A stretch of DNA of 64,000 nucleotides, from assembly GCA_951406725.2 (NCBI GenBank), contig OX597826.1:32054001-32118000 (forward strand), written 5' to 3'. A program made the position numbers and the translations under genes. This stretch comes from Octopus vulgaris (Eukaryota). Positions 55,283 to 64,000 of the stretch are shown here, piece by piece. Numbering within the stretch: the stretch's first letter is position 1; every line of letters starts with the position of its first letter. The notes beneath the pieces are model-generated. The model was not told the origin of the DNA, ran no database searches, and worked only from the letters and a program-made list of their open reading frames with translations.

Positions 55283-55841
55283 AAAACACATACCAGTTAC
55301 ATATGCTTTACTTAAGCATTTCCACTTGTGATGTAATAATTTATATTTGCAATATCTTAAGTGGAATTGGCATCAAACTAGTATTTAGACACCATTACAA
55401 TTCTTAGAATGCTCGCTATTCTACCTACAGATCCCAGAATATGCCTATTCCAATTTTGGACATAAACCTCCAGCATTGCCAGATAAGAGATCTTTCATTT
55501 ATTCAATATTTTTCTAAAATTCCTTTAGGAATTTCCAAAAACTGACTTAGTAACTTCCAAGTTATACATAGAAAATTGGCAATGCCAGATCTTGGATGTA
55601 TCTAGAATATTCCTGACAACAGATACAAGAGAAATAAACTTCCTCAAACTTTTTATCTGCTAAATACCAGAATAGCACAAAGTGGTACCATATTATTGAC
55701 ATTAGTAACCAAGCATAGCCATATCAAGTACGAGATGAAGTTAATAAAAAAATTATGAAAAATACAAGTAATTTGCATGTGTGTACATATATATGCTCAT
55801 CTATATATCTATAACTATATATATATATATATAAATATGTC

Positions 55842-55892
<51 letters not shown>

Positions 55893-56588
55893 CAACACAT
55901 ATGCACACACACATATATATATGTCTATATATATATATATATAGAGAGAGTACTGATGAAACTGTGTCTAATGATATAATGAAATGTGTGCATACAACAA
56001 CCACTCGAATTGCTTTACCAGTAAAACTCACACTCGAGCTGTGACTAAAACAAAAACAGCGTTGTAGCTTTTCAGCAATGAATGGCTGTAAGTGGTTCAT
56101 CATTGAGCAGATATATAAAGATATATTGGAAAGAATGAACAGGCAAAATATGTGGTATCATTTTCGATCATGGAATTTATAACTGAAGTAACTGAAGTGT
56201 AGGAGCAAAAGATAGTGTATATATAAGGGTGTATATAGATGTGTATAAAGTCTCTTACATTGCACAACTTCTAACTCCATATTTCACATAATACCTTTTA
56301 CTCTTACAAATCTATTGTAATACATCTACAAATTCGTTTGAATTATAAATACCAAGTTCTAAAGTGATACCTCATGTTTTGTCTGTTCTTTCTGGCTTCC
56401 TAAGATTCTCACTCTCTCTCTCTCTCTCTCTCTCTCTCGCACACACACACACATTCAGTTTCCATGGGTTTCTTGAGTTCTTACAAATAAAGCTATCTTT
56501 TCCAAGGCAGAATGTCCTTCTTACCATGAAATGGTTTATAAAGTATGCCGGATACATACACATACACATGTCCAATGCTTTTTTTATA

Positions 56589-56680
<92 letters not shown>

Positions 56681-57024
56681 CGTACATATATGTATTAGTT
56701 ACATGCATTAAACCTAGATATTATACCCTATGAAACTCCCTGGTAATGCATATTGGACACCACCTCGGGGTTTTACATTAAGAACCAAATCTTAATGTAA
56801 TCTTGTCCCTTTAACTATATTTACAAATAAGAACATAAAAACTCCACAATTAAAGTTGGATAGCGCATTAATAATATATTTAACAGCTGAAAATAATATG
56901 AGTGACTCAAAGGAGTTGAATTTTTCATATGAAACTCTTTTATTATTCTTAGTTTATGTGTATGTGTGTGTGCAAGTGTATGTCTGTGTGCTTGTGTGTG
57001 TAGATGCATGTGTGTGTATGTGTA

Positions 57025-57085
<61 letters not shown>

Positions 57086-57902
57086 ATGCGCACTGTTATG
57101 CACGCATGTACAAACGTATATATGTTTGACTGTATTTGGATGGTTAAGGATTTCAAAATGTGTTTGGAGCTTAAAATGCTACAGGTTCTAGAAGCCTATT
57201 GGAAATGTTACTCAGAAACTTACAGTGCTTGCAAATACAAGTTCTATCATTCTGCAGTGGTTATTGTCTCTCAGGGAAATCTTATTGCATATGTAATAAC
57301 TCTGGGATCATCAAAAGAAACGCATGCACTATTAACACATAAGTAGATTGCAGACTGCATTATAAAACTGAACTCAGAGCAGTTATGCATGGTCATCAGC
57401 AACAGATTTGCAATCTCATCTCTAACCATTTTATTAACTAACATTGCTACATTACTAAAATTTTATTTTTATGGCTTTTTACTCTGCTATTTTCACTGTT
57501 TAATTTTTTATCTATATACTTTTTTTTTTTGTTTCTGAAATGCATAATCTCTAATTACGCCTTATTAAGGAGACACATTTATACATAATCTCTGCTAAGA
57601 AAAATATCCTTCATTTCTTATCAGAAAAAGGCCTTTATCTATGTTTATTTTATGTTAGTATTTGTATAAATGTCTTTGTATTTGTGTAATTATAAAATGA
57701 GTTAATCAAGGTCAACCAAAAGAAAAGAACTAGTAATTATGAAACCTTATTAAAGTTAGTAAAAACGATGATTTAGCGATGATAGAATAAGATGCAACTT
57801 TTTAGCTAGTTTTTATATCATTTTCATATTAAAATTTCATTAGTTTTAGAAGAACTAGAAGTTCTGTGAAAAGAGATGGTATTGGTTTTTGATTGGATGA
57901 AA

Positions 57903-58229
57903 TATTGGCTCTCCACTGGTTATGACAATGAGTGTTGCGGGTGACCCAATCAATGGAACAGCCTGTTTGTGAAATTGATGTGCAAATGGCTGAGTACTCC
58001 ACAGACACATGTACCTTTAACATAGTTCTGAGGGAGATTCAGTATGACACAAAATGTGACATGGTTGTCCCTTTGAATTACAGGTACAATCCATTTTTGC
58101 CAGCTGAGTGGACTGGAGCAATGTGAAATAAAGTGCCCTTGCTCAAGTACACAATCTGCTACCAGAAATGAAACACATGAGCTTACAATTGTGAGCTGAA
58201 CACCCTAACCACTGAACCATGTGCCTTCA
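57903..58229 (-). mobile_element. tRNA-derived SINE related to family C
   Basis: cagctgagtggactggagcaatgtgaaataaagtgcccttgctcaag core with a tRNA-like head on the minus strand. Confidence 0.75.
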
Positions 58230-58808
58230 TTTGAGTGGATAACAAAAGATGATAACAGCATGAAATAACCATTGGTAATTTGCTTAATGATATCAGTGGA
58301 GAATATTCTGGAAATATTAAGATTTTATGTTTTGTTATTTAATTTATTTTTCTTAGAAATTTCTTCATTGATTAGTTGAAATTTGAACAAAAGCTGTTAA
58401 ATATTAAAAAGAAAACCATCAAAGATTGGATAGGCATTTGAGAAGACACCAACAAGTTGTTTAAAATAAATAAACTTAAATATAAGATCTGAGCGAATAA
58501 TAAGTGCTTAAAATAAATCAACCGTGAATAATGAGTGATAAGGTGAAGTACATGAATATCAGAATATATATCATCATTTCATATAACAAGAATAATAGAA
58601 TATATAACCCAAACAATGTAAATAAGTTGTGAGAAAAAAACTGCTAATTTATGTTTGGTATAGTAGTAAGTGTTGGGAGAAAAAGTTTAGATTAGATTTA
58701 ATTATAGAATATAAATCTTGATATCATTGTCAGTATATGAAAGAATTTACTGAAGTTTTCACATCAGCTTCTTTAAATAAAATGTTAAGTATAAAAATTT
58801 TAAATTCA

Positions 58809-59038
58809 TTAACCCTTTTGTTACCATATTTCTGTTGAGATGCTCTGTGTTTCTTTCAATTGATTTTAAATATAACAAAGTATTTAGTAAAATAACTTAG
58901 TTACCACTCAGCTAGTGTTAGAAACACAAATTGTGGTTAAGGTTTGGTGGAAGATTTTAATTCAGAACTTTTGCAAACAAGACATTTGTACTACTGAGCC
59001 AGAGACAGTTTCAGGTGGGTTGGTATCAAAAGAGTTAA
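58809..59038. mobile_element. TTAA-flanked piggyBac-like MITE
   Basis: ttaa|cccttttgttacca ... tggtatcaaaagag|ttaa. Confidence 0.85.
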
Positions 59039-59739
59039 TGCAACTGTAAATTTTACTTCAGCATCAATGAAGGAAGTATATGATGGGATGGCAGGGTATA
59101 ATTAAGATAAAATAGCTACAGAAACTCACTGATATTCATTAGATGAGCTAAAAGATGGAACGAACCCTAATAAACAGCTTTAATTTTTGAAAATGAACTA
59201 ATTGAAAAGTATTAGTCTTTCAATAGAGTGAATAATTTTCTACATCTGAATATTAACATTAATAGATTAGTAGCCATTCTGCTACAAAAACTGCGGTAAT
59301 GTGAATATAAACGTAATAAGATTTAAATAGGTTTTGTTAACATATAGTAAAACTAATGAATTTTTAAGCTAAGTTATGGTAATAAGTACAAAAAACTAAT
59401 GTCCATTTTTACAGGCAAAAGAGCCCTTTCACTCAGAACAGTCATTGACATTTTACACATTCTACTATCTACATATGCTTCAACTATAATTTTCATGCAT
59501 GTGATACCAGAAAACACCATCTATTCAAAACAGTACATAAATTTGCCATTTATAAATGGCACCCAATATCGATTTTTATTAAATATGAAATCCATAGAAA
59601 AATTGCATTTTTTTGTCGTTTTCATTTAATATAAAGTAATTTGCCTCTATTGACTTGGATGCTTGATAATGTCCCACATTATAGAAATCTCTTTTCCCTG
59701 ATGTCATCTTTCAAACATTTTAACAAACATCTTCTGTCC

Positions 59740-59966
59740 AGCCATTTTGTTACAATATCTCAAATGAGATACACTGCCTTTATTTTAATCAATTTTGAAA
59801 ATGATAAAGAACACAGTAAAATATATTTCTCATTATTATGCTGCTGTTTCAAATTTAAATCAACATGAAATTTTGTGGAAGGCGTTAATTTAGATCACTG
59901 CAAAAGAAGGAATTTATATCATAGAACTAGGAATAGTTTCTGGTGAGTTGGTATCAAAATGGTTAA
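59740..59966. mobile_element. Degenerate TTAA-MITE copy
   Basis: ccattttgttaca ... ggtatcaaaatggttaa, with internal similarity to 58809-59038. Confidence 0.65.
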
Positions 59967-60054
59967 ACCTATATCCTTTTAGAACCATTCATGTATTTAA
60001 GCTAGGCATTAACATAATGTAGATGAAATGAAATGTTAGTTAGTTTACATTACT

Positions 60055-60290
60055 CCATAAGGAGCATAGGGCCAGCTTCTTGGTTTCTCTGGCATATATC
60101 TACCTCTCTGAATGGGATGCCAGTTCATTGCAGAATTACTCACTTTTACCAGCTGAATGGATTGGAGCAACCTGAAATGAAGTGTCTTGCTCAAGAACAC
60201 AATGTATTGCCCAGTTCAGGAATTGAAATCACAATCTTACAATCATGAGTGCAACACCACGAGTGCAACACACGAAGCCATGTAACTTCA
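60055..60290 (-). mobile_element. SINE related to family C
   Basis: ccagctgaatggattggagcaacctgaaatgaagtgtcttgctcaagaacac core. Confidence 0.7.
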
Positions 60291-63200
60291 CTGAAATGAA
60301 ATGTTTGCCAGAATTAATTTTGTAAATAACATCCCAAACCTCTGATCCATGAGTGTCCTGTAATACATTTATTTTTAGATTAGTAACAAAAATGACAATA
60401 TGAATCATATGAGACATGGCTTAGAGTATTTAATTTAGTTTTACTTAATCTTAAGCTGGATTAAACTATCATCACATTACAATGACTAAAATAAATCCTA
60501 AAACTGCATAAACATGCACCAATGCCGTAGCAGAGTTAAGCCTATTGACTATATTTCTTCCTTAACTATATTTCATGTCTAAGAAAAGATACCACATAAT
60601 ATCATTCTATTTTGCTGCAATAAACAGATAATACAGCATATGATTGCTCGATCTATTTTTGCTTCGAATTATAAATATTATCAATAAATATTATGTGCAT
60701 CTGGCGCATTTCGATATTTGAGTAATTCTGTGCAGACAGCATCTGCATTTTAAAGTAATAAAAGACTACATTGAATTATCTTAATAAGATTCACTTATTA
60801 AGCTATATCTTAACTTTCTAAAAGCTTTTTGTGTAATCCTGTTAAATACTTTTAAAATCTATCTCGATCAGTAGATCTTTCCAGACGTATTGATTCTACG
60901 ATATTTACCAATTAAATAAACCATAACTGTTCAGTTTAATGGTTATAGGCTGTTATTAAGGATCAGTGTCACTTGAATAGGAAATAATGTTGACCAGTGT
61001 GTACACACACACACACACATGTGAAATGTGCATGTATGTACATATATATATGTGTGTGTATGTGTGTGTGTATATATATATAATATATATATATATAATA
61101 TATATATATACATGTATGTACACACACCATTATATGAGCATTGGATCTACTTTTCAGAACCATCCCTCTTAATAATCCATTTTACTAAAGTCTTCCAATA
61201 CATACCAAGTGATTCAAAATGTCAAGTCATTTAGTATGGTCTAATAAAAATGGAGATGTGAATTTGTTAATCAATCTCACACTAATCAGAATGACTTAAA
61301 TCGATCTTTCACTAATTGGAGTGACTTAAACACTGTGTAATTAATTTATTAATTATAATCATATATTTCATTTAAAGAAAATTCCTCTAAAATCAGATGT
61401 GAGAGTATTTAAAGCTAATTTATTTCATAAACTTATTCTAAAGTGACAAATTCACAAAATTAGCCCGTTCAAGAAAGTATTATGTTATTGTACAAAACTA
61501 ATTAATAAAATTGTCCTAAATTTGATTAAATTACTCAGTTGAATTATCAAGTTCAAAATAAAACAATCATTGGCTGTCAATTTATAAGCTCTTCTTTTAC
61601 ATATCCAACAATAATATGATATCCAGAATGACATCAAACTCCAAGAAATTCTCTATCCATTTTGCTGTATTTCCTTTCCTTTTGCCAATTCCATAGCACA
61701 CTGTCTTAATGCCAAGCCCTAGAAATTAACAGTTTTCAAAATAGTGAATTCCTCAACATCCGTCTGGCTCATGTATTCCAGCAAATTAGTAACCTTAAAT
61801 ATTTCATAGAAATTACACTCTGCCTTTAAACAAGTATCTACTTTATGAAAGCCAACACATGACATTAGGTGTGTATATGTTTTACACATTCACTGTATGG
61901 GAATATAAAAGAAACAGCAGAAAACAAGCATACACCTATAAATAACTTTGTCTTTCCAATAATGTGATTATTAATCATTACCCCATTCATCATGTTTTAT
62001 TGACATTTCTATTAATAATTGCAATTTAAAATATTTTTATTTTCAAATCTTTTATTCATATTTTTATTCTTTATATATCATCAAAATATTTCTCTCTCTT
62101 TCACAAATAAAATCTATTTTAAATCTTACCAAAATAACATGCACTAAACATGGATTTGTTTACTTTAGAATTCCATGTTCTACTCCATCTTAGGTTTCTT
62201 AGTTTATTTCAAAGGTGGTAAAATACCAGAATTGAAAGAACATTGAACAAAAATGCCTTGCAATATTTTTTTCAAGTTCAAAATCTGCTGTAATCAAGTT
62301 TGCCTTTTATCCTTCCAGGATCATGATAATTGTTCTGCCACTTTAAATGAGTGCCCAGATAGGCATGAAACTTGTCAATATCTAACCAACAATAAAACAT
62401 TTTTGTAAAATAAGATGACAATACGAGACCTCCTTTGAATTCTATGATGAGAAAGTTCCATGTCAAGCTCATAGCACTTGTAAGAAAATGGCCAGGGATT
62501 GTCCAATGACTTTATGATGCAGTAAGGAAAATGATTATTTCATGAAAAATACAGAAATTACTGGTAGATGACTTCCTTTTTCAATACCATTGTGGATAGT
62601 TATAGCTCTAATGTTGATTATTCATTATTTTCACCATACACGTATGAACACATGAACACTTGCACATACACGTTTGTGCACACACAGACACAAACACTCT
62701 CACACACACATTTACACACTCTCTCTCTCTCTCACACACACACATACACTCAGAGTAACTCCTATAAACATATGTATGGGCCACTGTAAAATAAAATTAA
62801 ATGTTTCAGTCTAGATTCAATTATCATAAAGAAGAAAATAACAAAAAATAGTACAAAAGAAATATTTAAATATAGATATGTAACAGTGCATATTATTTGT
62901 ATCATATGTTATTAATAATCAGCAATATTCATTAACAATTACAACAGCAAAAAAAAAACAATAACATTAAATGTAAAAAAAAAACAAAAAGAAAAACAAA
63001 CAAACAAAAATCACTATTTGGTGTCATAAAGCTGATTAGCTTTCATTATGGTTTTAGAAAGATTATTAGCGTTAATGGAGTAAGTGAACTGAAGATTTAA
63101 AAAGAATTAAGACAATTGTGAAAGAAACCTTGGAATAAAGTTTTAAAAAGTGGGACAGAGAGACACTCTCACTGATGATAGCTGTTAGATGCAGGAATAC

Positions 63201-64000
63201 ATCAATTAGTGAAAATGACAAATATTCATTATCAAAGGAGTACTTGTATTAATATGGTGAATCGTTGACACAAAAATGAAATATTTTCACGTTAGTGTGT
63301 TTACAATCTGTAGATATGGAATGAGTACTCCGTTAGTGAAGTAAGTGAAACAGTAGGTAGAAAACAGAGGAAAATACTATCATAGTGTCAAGTGGATCTG
63401 TGTTTCTACATCAAGAGCTGTATTTTGATCAAAACTGATAAATTAATAAATATAATGTTGACTGCATGTGATGAAAAAATATATATTAAACCCTCAGTTT
63501 AATTAAATCTAATTAAGCTGATCCTTGTAAAAAAATTTTTTGCTTCAAAGCAGGATTTGACCTAAAAGGAAATTTACAGGTCAATATATACACATATATA
63601 TATATATAAAATATAATATGTATGAGATTCTAACTTTAAGCTAAGATTCATTAGCTATTTTTCCTTGATATTATAAACTATTTGCTGAAAAGTGAAACTG
63701 AAAGTAATGGTCTCATTAAACATCAAAATTTAATTATTATTATTATTTTTATCATTTTTTGTTAAAAATGTTAATCATTTCATTTTCTCCTTGATGACTA
63801 AAAGAAAAGATAGAAAGAAGACATTGGTAGTAGATGAAATTTCTTTGGTAAATTTGTATGACATAGTTTACAAAAAAAAAAAACTAAGAAGATACAATGC
63901 AACACAATGCATTCCACTAAAGTTATTAACTGAGAAGTTAAATGATAATCACGCTAGTATATCAAGAAGATTAGATTAAGGGTTTAACATGGCTCAATGA

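Overview
Eukaryotic, very AT-rich DNA dense in (TA)n, (CA)n and (AAT)n microsatellites. The SINE and RTE-derived repeats resemble those I associate with octopus (coleoid cephalopod) genomes; this assignment is an inference. Almost all ORFs in the supplied track are microsatellite artefacts. Two credible coding exons lie on the minus strand (52200-51709 and 10437-9997/9982), both phase 0 and about 41 kb apart, probably from one unidentified gene. The rest is intron or flank filled with tRNA-derived SINEs, RTE LINE/SINE fragments, hAT and TTAA (piggyBac-like) MITEs, a rearranged mariner and a Penelope-like fragment. The most notable signal is a recurring set of type I hammerhead-ribozyme motifs (CUGANGA...GAAAC-palindrome-GUH) in short elements next to (TA)n tracts. 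Several of these elements form long fold-back hairpins in which the ribozyme core is split or degraded differently between the two arms. All alignments and folds were done by eye; no searches were run.
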